A stretch of 63,762 nt of DNA, filler included, from Octopus bimaculoides (Eukaryota), in assembly GCF_001194135.2 (NCBI RefSeq). It is 6 parts of 5 records of this genome, joined end to end, with 100 filler letters (N's around TTAATTAATTAA, not from the genome) between each part and the next. Parts side by side here need not be neighbours in the genome. Positions count along the whole stretch, not along the records: positions 1 to 20,525 come from NC_069003.1; 5 more parts are not named here. One strand, given 5' to 3'. A model generated the notes under the pieces. The model was not told where the DNA came from. It saw only the letters and a program-made list of their open reading frames with translations, and ran no database searches. The position numbers and the translations under genes are program-made. How positions within the stretch are numbered: the first letter of the stretch is position 1; every line of letters starts with the position of its first letter. This document shows, one piece after another, positions 1 through 11,721 of this stretch.

Positions 1-91
1 CCTTTCATCCTTTTGGGGTTGATAAATTAAGTACCAGTTGGCATCTTACCACCCAAATTTCAGGTCTTTGCCTTTTGCAGAAAGGATTGTT

Positions 92-312
92 AAGGCGGCG
101 AGTTTGCACGCCAGGCGAAATACCTAGCGATATTTCGTTCGTCTTTACAATCTGAGTTCAAATTACGCCGAGGTCGACTTTGCCTTTTAACGTTTCGGAC
201 TCGATAATTTAAGAACCGTCGAAACACTGGGGTCAATGCAATCGACTATTTCCCCCTCCACCACACACAAAAAAAAAAATCAGGCCTTGTGCCTTTAGTA
301 GAAAGGGTTAAT
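92..312 (+). mobile_element. SINE family A (tRNA-like head ggcggcgag...gttcaaat plus CORE-like ctttgcctttcatcctttcggggtcgataaa)
   Basis: Repeated in the window at about 1-90, 11521-11687(-), 19796-20022(-), 24560-24775(-), 25905-26130(-), 43150-43245(-) and 59578-59808(+). Confidence 0.85.
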
Positions 313-687
313 ATTTATTTAATTTATTTTGATTCGGACCCGAGCAAGTTATATAGAGTTACACAAACCTAGGAAACTTTAAGTTGCATGGGAGCCAATC
401 AAACTGTCTTAAAATGTAATATATGTAACTCTCACTAACTGTGTTGAGTATCAATTTCTTTCGTTTGTCCATTCCCCTAAATACAATGAGATCATCAAAA
501 GTAACTGGAAACGTTCTCTGTGGGACAAGCCCGTTGTAGTTCGAGCTTCTGCCGCTAGAAGTGCCTTGATGCAACCATGAAGCACCAGTCTACCAACGGT
601 GTAGTTGTGTCATTTCGTACTGCCACGAGGTCCGACTTTGTTTTACAGTACTTCTCCCCTGTTTGTCGATTTTTGCGATAGCTGAAA

Positions 688-990
688 TGAAATTCTGTAT
701 TCTGCTGGGGCAAACAGCGGCCGAAACAGTTGTCATGCTTCATATAGCTTACAAGGACGCTGCCATGAGCTAAATACAAGTTTACGAGTGGTTTCCACGT
801 TTTAGGAATGGTCATTTGTCGCTTGATGAGTAAGCTAGTTCAGGACGACCGTCGACCGCCCGAACGAAGGAAAACATTATAAAAATTCATGAACTGATCT
901 TGGTGGACCGTCACTAAACAACTGATGAACTTGTTGATATGATTGATGTATAATGGAGGTCCTGCCAACGAATTTTGAGCGAGGAATTAA
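688..990 (+). mobile_element. Mariner transposase N-terminal (HTH) relic
   Basis: KFCILLGQTAAETVVMLHIAYKDAAMS*IQVYEWFPRFRNG...SGRPSTARTKENIIKIHELILVDRH* is a typical mariner N-terminus with stops. Confidence 0.85.
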
Positions 991-1008
991 TTCTTGAACA
1001 AGTATAAT

Positions 1009-1104
1009 ATCGACAATGACACTTCGAGGTTTCGGTAAGCTAAGCCAACATGCGATTGACCTTTGATGTCTTAGCTGTCTGAAACTTCGAAGTCACTGTC
1101 GATG
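1009..1104. repeat. Imperfect inverted repeat, possible tiny MITE
   Basis: atcgacaatgacacttcgaggtttcgg.agctaag versus its reverse complement. A related motif gcagtgacttcgaagtttcgg lies at about 17081. Confidence 0.55.
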
Positions 1105-1257
1105 CTATTTATGTTAAAAACTAATACATTTGTACTCTACAAAATGTATTGAGTAATCCCTCTATTTAATATAAAATTGTTTTTAATCATAACCTGAAAA
1201 CAAGCATTAATACATACAGGCATACATACATACGCACATATATGTACATACCTACCT

Positions 1258-1288
<31 letters not shown>

Positions 1289-1333
1289 TATATATATACA
1301 TCTATATATATATATATATATATNNNNNNNNNN

Positions 1334-1376
<43 letters not shown>

Positions 1377-1943
1377 TTTTACATATATATGCACATACAT
1401 ATATTTATACATATATATATATGCACATACATATATATTTATACATACATATATATATTTATTTATTTATTTATTTATGCATATATGGATGTGTGTGTGT
1501 ATGTACATATGTGTATGTATGTACGTGTACACAAATATATTAGTGTGTGTATGTGTATGAAGGCATAAATATCATAAAATAAATAAATGTTTTTTGGTCG
1601 GACATTTTGAAACGTGAGGCGTCTGCTAAGAAAAAAGCGCAAAAGGAAAAAAAATTATTGCTTCTACGTTACGATCAATCTAATACTATTAGTCGCCGTG
1701 ACATGATCAGTTTGGTATCTCTTGATATATTTAGTTACATGTGATTAGATTTATGATGAATTTTTATCTCACATCACTTGTTATTTTTCATATCAGCGTC
1801 CTGAACGCCCGTTAATTTTATATCTCAGTTCTATTTCTATATCTATGTATAGTAACTTGATATTTTCCTTCAACATGACAATCTTATTTTCAAATTTCGA
1901 TTCCAGTGTTATATTTCGGTGAAGTTTGTTTTTATTGATTCTA

Positions 1944-2178
1944 CAGGGTGTTCAAAAAGTCTCTCCGCAGTGAATTGTTTTTTTATCCTGCGCATCACCA
2001 TGGCGCTACTTCAAGAGATTTTCGGTGAACGGATTATTCCGAAGGGACTTTGGCCATCAAGATCACCTGATTTAACACCACCAGATTCTGTTTCTGGGGA
2101 GCAAGTAAAGGATCAGTGTACAAAAATCGCCCGAAAACCATTAAATACTCAGTGCGGAGAGACTTTTTGAACACCCTG
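1944..2178 (+). mobile_element. Tc1/mariner deletion-derivative MITE
   Basis: Perfect 26-bp TIRs CAGGGTGTTCAAAAAGTCTCTCCGCA (1944-1969, 2153-2178), TA on both sides, and an internal remnant GLWPSRSPDLTPPD of the transposase C-terminus. Confidence 0.92.
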
Positions 2179-2588
2179 TATTTTTTTCGTCATCCTTTGT
2201 GTATCTTCTGACCGAACTACTCGCAAATCTGTGTGAAGATACGTGGTTTAGCCGTTAAGTTATTCGCTTCCCGATCTTAAGGTCGTGGGTTCGATACTCG
2301 GCGGCACGTTGTATCTCTTGAATAATACACTTTATTTCAAGTTGCTCCAGTCCACTCAGCTGGCAAAACTTCGTAGTACATGTATTTTAAGGGGCCAGCC
2401 TTGCCACATTCTGGATGTGACGGAGTGACACAAACCGTAGTGTGGCACTACGAAATGCGTCACATTATCGCTGTTTCGATGCATGGTTCACTTCCTGCGC
2501 TCGCGACGCTTCATCAACCAAGAGGATCTGGAAGCTTCGGTGAAGGAGAGAGGAACTGGTGACAGCGTGGGAGACAAGAACTGAGAAC

Positions 2589-2688
2589 TCCTCCTCTCCT
2601 TCCCCTTCTCCTCCTCTCCTTCCCCTTCTCCTCCTCTCCTTCCCCTTCTCCTCCTCTCCTTCCCCTTCTCCTCCTCTCCTTCCCCTTC
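2589..2688. repeat. 20-bp pyrimidine minisatellite, 5 copies, running into a gap
   Basis: tcctcctctccttccccttc x5. Confidence 0.95.
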
Positions 2689-5269
2689 NNNNNNNNNNNN
2701 NNNNNNNNNNNNNNNNNNNNNNNNNNNNNNNNNNNNNNNNNNNNNNNNNNNNNNNNNNNNNNNNNNNNNNNNNNNNNNNNNNNNNNNNNNNNNNNNNNNN
2801 NNNNNNNNNNNNNNNNNNNNNNNNNNNNNNNNNNNNNNNNNNNNNNNNNNNNNNNNNNNNNNNNNNNNNNNNNNNNNNNNNNNNNNNNNNNNNNNNNNNN
2901 NNNNNNNNNNNNNNNNNNNNNNNNNNNNNNNNNNNNNNNNNNNNNNNNNNNNNNNNNNNNNNNNNNNNNNNNNNNNNNNNNNNNNNNNNNNNNNNNNNNN
3001 NNNNNNNNNNNNNNNNNNNNNNNNAAAGTGTCTTGCTCAAGGACACAACGCGTCGCCGGGAATTGAACTCACGACCTTACAATCGTGAGTCGAATGCCCT
3101 AACCACTAAGCTACGCGCCTTCACCCTGTGATGAATATGCTGTGTGACAAACAGTGATTATTGCCTGAGGATCGGGGCTTCTGCTTTACCTTTTAAAATG
3201 GGAGTCGAGTCTCCCTCAAAAAATCAAGAAAAGACATTTTGGCTTTTGTGCGGTCCGTTATATACAAATATCTGCAATATTCATGGTGTTAGCTTGAACG
3301 TCCTTCATCACAAATTTGGACCTTAAAAAACTACCACCTCATCCCCGCCCCACCACCACCGTTACCAGCACTACCATTACCACCACTACCACCATAACTA
3401 ACATTCTCGTTACTAATTCACCATCGTTACCACTACCACCACCGTAACCACCACTACCATCACCACCACCACCTCTGTCACTACCACCGTCGTTACCACA
3501 AGCAAGATCACCACTACCACCACCAACACCACCACCACCGCCACCACCACCACCAATAACAACAACAGCAACAACGCAATGCAGTTTAAATTCCTGCTTG
3601 AAGTCACAGACATCATTTTTACTCTTGAGAAAAGACGGATATCCATTTCCCATTTTCTATCCCTCCCCTTAATTATTTTTGTATTTATCTATTTATAATT
3701 TATTAATTTTTTTGCTTTAGTCTGGCCAATATACAACCAACATTAGACGCTTTATTAAATGTAAAGGAATCATTGATATTCCTTAATTTTATTGTTGTTG
3801 TTGCAGTTGTTGTTTTGACAAACTTATACCCACCGAAGCGTTAGGTAACGTAATTGCATTTATAGGAAATATCGCCAAATACGCAGGATCGAAGAGGGAG
3901 AAAAAATGGTCGACACAGAAAATCGAGCTTATTTGGCGTAAGATGAATGAGTCTATGTAATCTTGCTATTTAATATTTTGTTACTGCTGCAATTTAATAT
4001 TTTATTTCTGCTATACCTGCTGTGCTGGTTTCAGGGAATATTCATTATAATATTTTAAGTAGCAATAACGAAAACGGCAGGTATATTTATTTCATTGAAC
4101 GCAGTCCCACTTCGCTGGCATTTATTTATTTTATCTTATTTATTCATTTACTTATTTACTTATTAATGCTGCAGACCAGAAAACGAAATATTTATGGTTA
4201 TATGTTAGAAATAATCCAGTTATTTCATCTGGAATGATTTTAAGTTTGATTGTGAAGAAAGTTTTCAAATGTTGTTGGTCGAAATACTGAATTCTACTCG
4301 TAATTCACTGAAGCGAATGGATGCCATTGAAAACTCAAGATTTTTCCAGTTTCCGCCACGTCCTTTTTCACTTCCCAGCGGCAACCAAATTTATTAAGAT
4401 CTGTAAACACTTTAGCGTAGTTATTGCTATTGTAGCCGACGTCAAACTTCACCAGTTTTCTTGAATTCCAGATCTGACACTTACGTCCTTAAAACAGCTT
4501 TAGGAAAAATAAGAATAATGTTTATTGTGTGTGGTCAAATATAGAAGACATAATGGCAATTCTTATCGCTCTTGTTGCTTAGACTCACACCATCTCTAAC
4601 CTATGACTGAAAACGTTCCAGCTATGGCCATGCCATCGAAATTCCAACTATAGTTTATCTTGGACTAAGATTATCAATGATCGAGCAAACGTTTGAATAA
4701 GAGCGTTCCAGCCTTGACAATGCCATTGAATTTGCAGATATAGCTTATCTTGGACGTGTCCTTTCTGATACTCAGATCACCTGTGGCCAAAAAAACTCGT
4801 GATTAAAAATGTTCCAGCTTTGACTATATGTTTATCTCGAACGTCCAAGATGAAAATGAATCCTTAACACCACATTGATGGATAGAATTTTTTTTTATCT
4901 GTTAATTAAGGAGACCATTGGTTTCATGTTAAGAAAAATAGGAAAATGTCTCAATATCTTAGAAATTTTTCAAGCCGACCACATGGTAGAGTGGTGATAG
5001 TCTCCATTTTGGATAAACACAATTCGTTGAATTCGCAGAGGTTCTCGTAAAAAAAAGGCAATAAATCAAGTGGCGCTACTCTTGGATGACTTTTTTCAGT
5101 GGTTATCTCCCTTGGGTTTGACATTCGGGCAAACAGTCGTATCATATCTTATATTATATTCTGGGTGTATGCGATGTTCGTAATGCTTGTGTGCTGAGGT
5201 AGTTGATCATGGGGGCATATCTCTTCTGTGTGTGAAGTTCGTGTGTTAAGTGTATTGAAATTTCACAAT

Positions 5270-5800
5270 CAGGAAAAGGGCTATCCTAGTGGGATTACCG
5301 GCATAGATGGTGGTTCCTCTTTGAAGTGTTTAAGTGTGAAATATTGCTTGTGTATGCGGGGGGAGAATATGTCTTCACTAATATTTAGGATGTTATCTGT
5401 TGACTGTATAAATATTTAGTTTTTCAGTGATACAAAGTTCACATTTAGTATTCGGTCCACTGTACTTTTTGACTTTAGTAAAGATGTTCCATTTTATCAG
5501 GGGGTTACTTATTCTACATTCTTTCAATGGCCATTTCAGACTGGATAGGGATATTGCGTGTTTTTTTACTTTTACCTTTGAATGACGCTAGCTGTTGTAT
5601 GTACCTTTACTTGAACGAGTTGCCCGTGTTTCCGATATACGTCTTTCTTCCTTCGCTGAGATCCGTGATTTTGGCCATGTATACATATTCTTTTTCAAGT
5701 CAATTGCTGTGTAGAGAGCAACAGTTTGGAGATCTGAAATTGCATTGCCATTCTCACGTGATCCTGGTCTCAATTGCCGTTTAGTAATTGCGTTATGTCA
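5270..5800 (-). mobile_element. Penelope-like element GIY-YIG endonuclease relic
   Basis: Across frameshifts: YMAKITDLSEGRKTYIGNTGNSF, SLSSLKWPLK, IKWNIF, KCELCITEKLNI, DNILN, HKQYFTL. Confidence 0.8.
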
Positions 5801-5947
5801 TCTAAAGTCAGAGATAATATTAATAAATCAAAAATTTATGTTGTATGGTAGTATTTGATATACCAGCATTTATCTATGTTGTTTGTACACAGTCCTCTGC
5901 TCCTTACCCATTGCACACTGTTCATTGTACGTTACTCATTTGAAGGT

Positions 5948-5980
<33 letters not shown>

Positions 5981-6722
5981 ATATCTGTCTGTCTGTATGT
6001 ATGTATTAAACAAATACATCAGAGGAAGATCCGTGGCTGAAAAAAAATATTAGTGCCTGAAACAGGAAACGATTAACTTACAGCACCGGCTTCAAATAAC
6101 ATCTGAAGTGTATCGGGATTATATTTATCACATGATCTGTAAATGTTTATGAAGCACGAGGCCATATTCTTTTAAACTGTAGATAATCCGTCAAGTGCAG
6201 ACAATATTTCTTTGTTAAAATTTCGCAGAATTGGAACTCTAATCTCTTTGTTGTCTGCTATCAGGCAGGAACTACAATCATTTCAGATACAGCCATTTTC
6301 CACCACTGAAAAATACCGAATCCAGCCAATCCAGCAAATAGAAGGCTACTTAACCATGGAAATCAATCAACTGGTGAATTTCCTTGATCAAAGCATACAA
6401 AAATCCATTGATCCTCAAACTCAATTATTGTATATCGTTCCGCATAAAAATATATTCATCAATATACATAATATAGACTACACGCTCTATCACAACAATA
6501 AATTTAATATCACATATATAAAGGAACAAAAAAAAAATCTATCTATCTATCTCGCTATAAACGTACAAAGCGATTCGTGCTATGCACACGCGGCTTTTCT
6601 TCCTTCATCACCACACACAACGTAATCCCATAGATCCTTGCAAATAAGTGTGTGTGTATATGTGTGTGTGTGTACGTGTGTATTCATATATGTATACATA
6701 TGTATATATATATATATATATG

Positions 6723-6758
<36 letters not shown>

Positions 6759-6818
6759 TATATGTATATATGTAATCCTCTATCTGCAAGCATACAAAGG
6801 AATCCATATATATGCATA

Positions 6819-6859
<41 letters not shown>

Positions 6860-7799
6860 ATATATATATACGCGCATGATCCTTTATCCCCAAACATACA
6901 AAGCAATCCATCGTTCCATATAAGCCATTAAGCTGTCGATCCATAGAGGCAGTGATCGATTGCTTTTTATACATAAATTGACCCATTGACTATATATGTA
7001 TACACCAATCTATCGATCTATTAGAAAATAAGATCCACAGATCCAAACATACAATGTTCTATGAATAGCTTGTATTATTATTATCATTACCCATTTAACC
7101 ATCTCCCTCCTCTTTTGTTTACCCAGCAATATGTTCTTGCTATTGGTTATGCTTTCAAACAGAATTTTTTGGGGAAGAAACAAACTATTATAACAAAACC
7201 TCAATGAACGTAGATCAGTAGTCAAGGTATCCATCAATCAGCTTTTCGAACTCTTTCTATTGACCTAAGTTTATCGAAGCCTCAAATGAACCTGATCCAC
7301 ACCCAACCTTTTTCCACATGTTATTCGCACGAGATGCAACTTGTAATGAATAGATTTTCCAGGAATTGCACAGGTCCGTTCGATTTTGTCAGACCACTAA
7401 ATTCAAACGTCAACATCTCATCTGAAATATTCACTCGTTCCTTGCCGATTTAGTTAAGTACCCGGCTATTTTCCTTTTGTTATCGACCAACGTCGGAATC
7501 TTTCATTTCAACTCAACCCAACAGTTTGACCTTTTGTGGCAAATCTTTTTGTGTTCACAGTTCAAATCGTACCGAAGTAATATCTGTTGCAAATCCATAC
7601 GATACATTCGTCGGAATTTCTCGCCTCAACACAACCCAACAAATTTAACCTCTTGCGGCAAATCTTTTTGTCTTTTTGTGTTCAAGTTCAAATGGTACCA
7701 AGGTAAAATTTGCTGATCATCCATACCGTACGGGATCGAAAAAATAAAATATCAGTGATATACAAATTCACTTTAAAAAACGAAGATTCGTTCAAAAAC

Positions 7800-8990
7800 G
7801 AAGATTCAAGCAAAAATATCGACTGAAATTGTGAGAAATGCCACCTTAGGCAAAGACTTGCTTTTGTTAACCATATTTGTACTTCCTCATTCGATACTCA
7901 TTTACTTATATCGCAATGGTTTCATGGAGGCTCGTAAAACCTTTAAGCTAAGGCTAAACAACCAAGACGTCACACAATGAGCCGAGCCAACCAAGAACCT
8001 TTGTCTAACTTTGTGTGACCGGGTCCCGAAACAGGACTCCCACGGAGAGACTCACCAAGCAAGTTCTTCAGTATGAAACCTAAGGAAGGAGACACTCGCC
8101 AACCAAGTTCTTCAGCGGAAAACTTAAGGGAAGAGACACTCGCCAACCAACTTCTTCAGTGGAAAACCTAAGGAAAGAGACACTCGCAAACTAAGTTCTT
8201 CAGTGGAAAACCTAAGGGAAGAGACACTCGCCAACCAACTTCTTCAGTGGAAAGAGAAAGAGAGATTCGCCAAACAAGTTCTTCTGTGGAAAACCTATGG
8301 AAAGAGTCGGAGAGGACACCCAAAAATGAACTGCTACTAAACGATCAACATGTAACTGATTAAAAGAGGATCTGGAATGACGATGCACTGAGAGAAGCAA
8401 AGACCTGCGATCGCTTGCGCCCTTGACTCTTTCATGACACCCAAGACGAGAAAGCCTTTATGTCTAAGTAATCATGGAACAGATACAATCCAACTGATTT
8501 TCATTTTCCTACCTTTTTTGATTGCTTTCTATTATTTACTTTCTCATTGTAACGTCCTTCTGCACCTCACCATTTTCGGCAATTTCCCACTTGTTTTAGG
8601 CACAATACTTTATTATTGACTTCGACAAGTTTAACCAAAATTGCTCCCCAAAATAGTTTGCTTTCGTCAACTTTCGGTCTTATGTTATCGCTTCTTTCAT
8701 TTCCTTCAAATAAGCGATACTGCCTTTACCGAAGAAAAAATTATATATATATATAAAAAGAGGCGCGATTTGGCTTGTATTGATTCGGTCTTCTTATTTT
8801 CTGATTTTGGCAGCTTTCGCCTTTACTTCCACTTTCGTTCTTGAATCGTTGTCTCAATTTCGTTTTCCTTCCGTCAAACATTTTCTATGATCAACCGCTC
8901 TCTTTATGTTTTAATTCATTCTGTTTCTACATTTATATTTTCTAAGGCCGCTTATCTTCGTTAGTTTCCGCGATTTCTAGAAGGGTGACT
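7800..8990 (-). mobile_element. Degraded R4/Dong-clade non-LTR retrotransposon fragment
   Basis: VKAKAAKIRK*EDRIN/QYK.NR, PKVDESKLFWGAI, KGFTSLHETIA and EVQIWLTK match R4-clade pre-RT motifs. It is interrupted by a 44-bp tandem array. Confidence 0.7.
8045..8306. repeat. 44-bp minisatellite, about 6 copies
   Basis: Unit gagacactcgccaaccaagttcttcagtggaaaacctaagggaa starting at 8045, 8089, 8133, 8177 and 8221. Confidence 0.95.
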
Positions 8991-9094
8991 GGTGGTTCGT
9001 TTACTGATCTGGAATTATCTTAATACCAGCTAATGTCAATGCGTAGGTATCTTTAATGTTTATACAAGTGTGCGTATGTATAATGGAGATACGT

Positions 9095-9290
9095 GATAAA
9101 GTGTCTCGGGTGTTCGGAACAGAATAGTAAGATTGTAGTTTCGTTTCCTGGACTAGGCATTGCGTTGTGTTCTTGAGAAAAATACTTCATTTCATGGCAT
9201 ACCTGCGATGGAGCGGCGTCCCGTCCACTAAAGTCCGCAAAATCCAGCCTTATCAGGATTTAACTCAAGAAGGACCCTTGATCCCGTTCT
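9095..9290 (+). mobile_element. Old SINE with a V/Meta-domain-like motif
   Basis: B-box-like gtttcgtttcctgg, then cctgcgatggagcggcgtcccgtcca, resembling the recalled cctgcgatggactggc..cccgtcca motif. Confidence 0.45.
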
Positions 9291-9339
9291 TGTCATGCAT
9301 GTTTATACATACATATATACTGTAATATGCATATATATA

Positions 9340-9523
9340 TATATCGCTAAATGCACAAGTTTTTTTTATATTCTCTCTCTGTTTATTTTCTCTTATTCCT
9401 TTCTGTCGAAGAGTGTAGGCTCGAAACGTGAAAGAATTTTCTCACTTTCTCGAGCGTTAAACTAATACACTTGCATGTTGTTCATACACCTGTTTTCGTG
9501 TTTTGTTTCTCTGTAAATTTCAA

Positions 9524-9525
<2 letters not shown>
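9340..9525 (+). mobile_element. PLE terminal-repeat fragment between (TA)n runs, with hammerhead-like motif at 9399-9434
   Basis: cttt-CTGTCGA-A-GAGT gtag GCTC-GAAACGT-G-aaag. Position 17 is G, so it is probably inactive. Confidence 0.65.
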
Positions 9526-9606
<81 letters not shown>

Positions 9607-9613
9607 TGTGTGC

Positions 9614-9661
<48 letters not shown>

Positions 9662-10371
9662 TAGAATCGCATATGCACTATTCACTTCTTAACCAAGGTT
9701 CGATCCACTGTTGTGAAATTAACCGATACAGGGACGCCCGCCTCCTCTCTACATCATCATTATTATCATCATCATCATCAGTTATTATTGTTGCTGTTGT
9801 TCATGTGGTTTTCACTGTTGTTGTTATTATTATTATTATTATTATTACTATTATTATTCTCAACAATTGTCTGAGTTATCAGTACCCTTTATCTCTCTTC
9901 GTGAATAACAACGAGAACTGTAAGAGATAAAATGGACAAAGAAGAATGAAAAGAGACGAGAGAAGAGAAAGAGAACGATAGAGAAAGACAGATAGATAAA
10001 TATAGACAGAAAGACAGAAAGAGAGAGGATATATATCTCCAGAATAGATGACAATGATAAAAATAATGCAAACAAACCTTCATTGAAAGAGAGAATATAA
10101 TTCAATAAAAATAATATTCCACTGCAAGATGAAGGCTACTTAATATCCTGTTATTTGTTATGATTCGCTGAAGATCAATTTATTCGTGGCAAATTTATGC
10201 AGACCAACAACTCAAATATACCATCGCTACAAGACGCAGAAAAAAAACACGCGCGTACGCACGCACGCACACATACGAACACACAAACACACGCATACAC
10301 GCACACACACACACACACGCCTACGCATACAAATTATAGACACACTTGAATATACGCACATATAAGTATGC

Positions 10372-10422
<51 letters not shown>

Positions 10423-10537
10423 CATACATATGTAAGTATGTATGTATGTATATACTCAATAAATATTTCTGAATGCATGTGTTTATATGTGCACAAACAT
10501 ACGCATATATATATATATATATATATATGATTGTAAC

Positions 10538-10590
<53 letters not shown>

Positions 10591-10677
10591 GCCTGCCTGT
10601 CTGTCTGCGTATCTGTCTGTCTCTATACACGTATGTCAGGTTGTGTATACATACATACACGTGCATAGACGCATATA

Positions 10678-11522
10678 TACGGGGTCTGATCAATAAGTAT
10701 CCGATCTCTTGCCATAGTAACGAAGCTAAAGCACGCAGAGTAAAGCCGCTTGGCACACATTGATACTGAACTCTGTTGTGCATGCGCACTAAGTTTTAAC
10801 GTCCTAGCTCACTTCCGCTGTTTGCAGCAGCGCTTCGAATGAAGGTGTGCAGCGTGTGATCATTGCATTGACCATGACAGAAAGTTGAGCAGAGAATCTG
10901 CATCAAATTTGGCCAAAAGCTTGGCGATGCCTGCTTAGAAGCCTACGCAAAATTTAAAAAAAAAAAAAGTTTTCATCGTTCTCGACGCAATCAAGGAGAT
11001 CTTGTGCATCAGAAACCTGAGTGTCCTTTTGGTCAGCTGAAAGCAGTTTTTGCACAAACTTGGAAGACACGCGTCTCATACCCAAATCTTCAGTGATAAT
11101 GGACTGAACTGAAGCGTAACTAATATGCACATCTCTTTACGCACGGATGGTGATTCGACAATTTCCCTTTACATCTGCTCGCACATCTACGATGTTTTTT
11201 CTCAGTTCTGCTGGCTGCTGGTCTCCCAGAATGTTCGTCAATATCGACGTTTTTTCGCCCATCTTGAAAACGTCTGCACCACTCGTGCACGGCTCAAACA
11301 CTCCTCTCCATACACATTGCGTTGGCCTCTGTCATGCTCAATGCGACGATCACACGCTACACATCTTCTTCCTAAGCACTGTTGTAAGCAGCGGAAGTGA
11401 AGCCAGAACGTCAAAACTTACTGCGCATGCACAGCAGAGTTGAAGGTCAATCTTTCCCAAGCAGCTTTACTCTGCGTGCTTTAGCTTCGTTACTAAGGCA
11501 ACAGTCCGGATATCTATTGGTC
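10678..11522. mobile_element. Mariner derivative made of two 5' ends in inverted orientation
   Basis: Left TIR tacggggtctgatcaataagtatccg. About 230 bp from 10690 match the reverse complement of 11330-11520. The + arm encodes MTE..EQRICIKFGQKLG and the - arm encodes GEECLSRAR...SGRP...ITEDLGMRRVSSKFVQKLL. Confidence 0.85.
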
Positions 11523-11685
11523 CATTACATCGACCCCAGTGTTTCACTGGTACTTAATTTATCGACCCCCGAAAGGATGAAAGACAAAGTCGACCTCGGT
11601 GGAATTTGAACTCAGAACGTGCAGACAGACGAAGTGCCACAATGCATTTCGCCCTGCTTGCTAACGATCCTGCTAGCTCGCCGCT

Positions 11686-11721
<36 letters not shown>

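Noticed and set aside
1242-1568. Long ORFs of YI/HT/CV/ER/X repeats throughout the ORF track
   Set aside because: These are translations of microsatellites and N gaps.
8045-8306. 44-bp array as a CRISPR
   Set aside because: There are no unique spacers or cas genes, and the context is eukaryotic.
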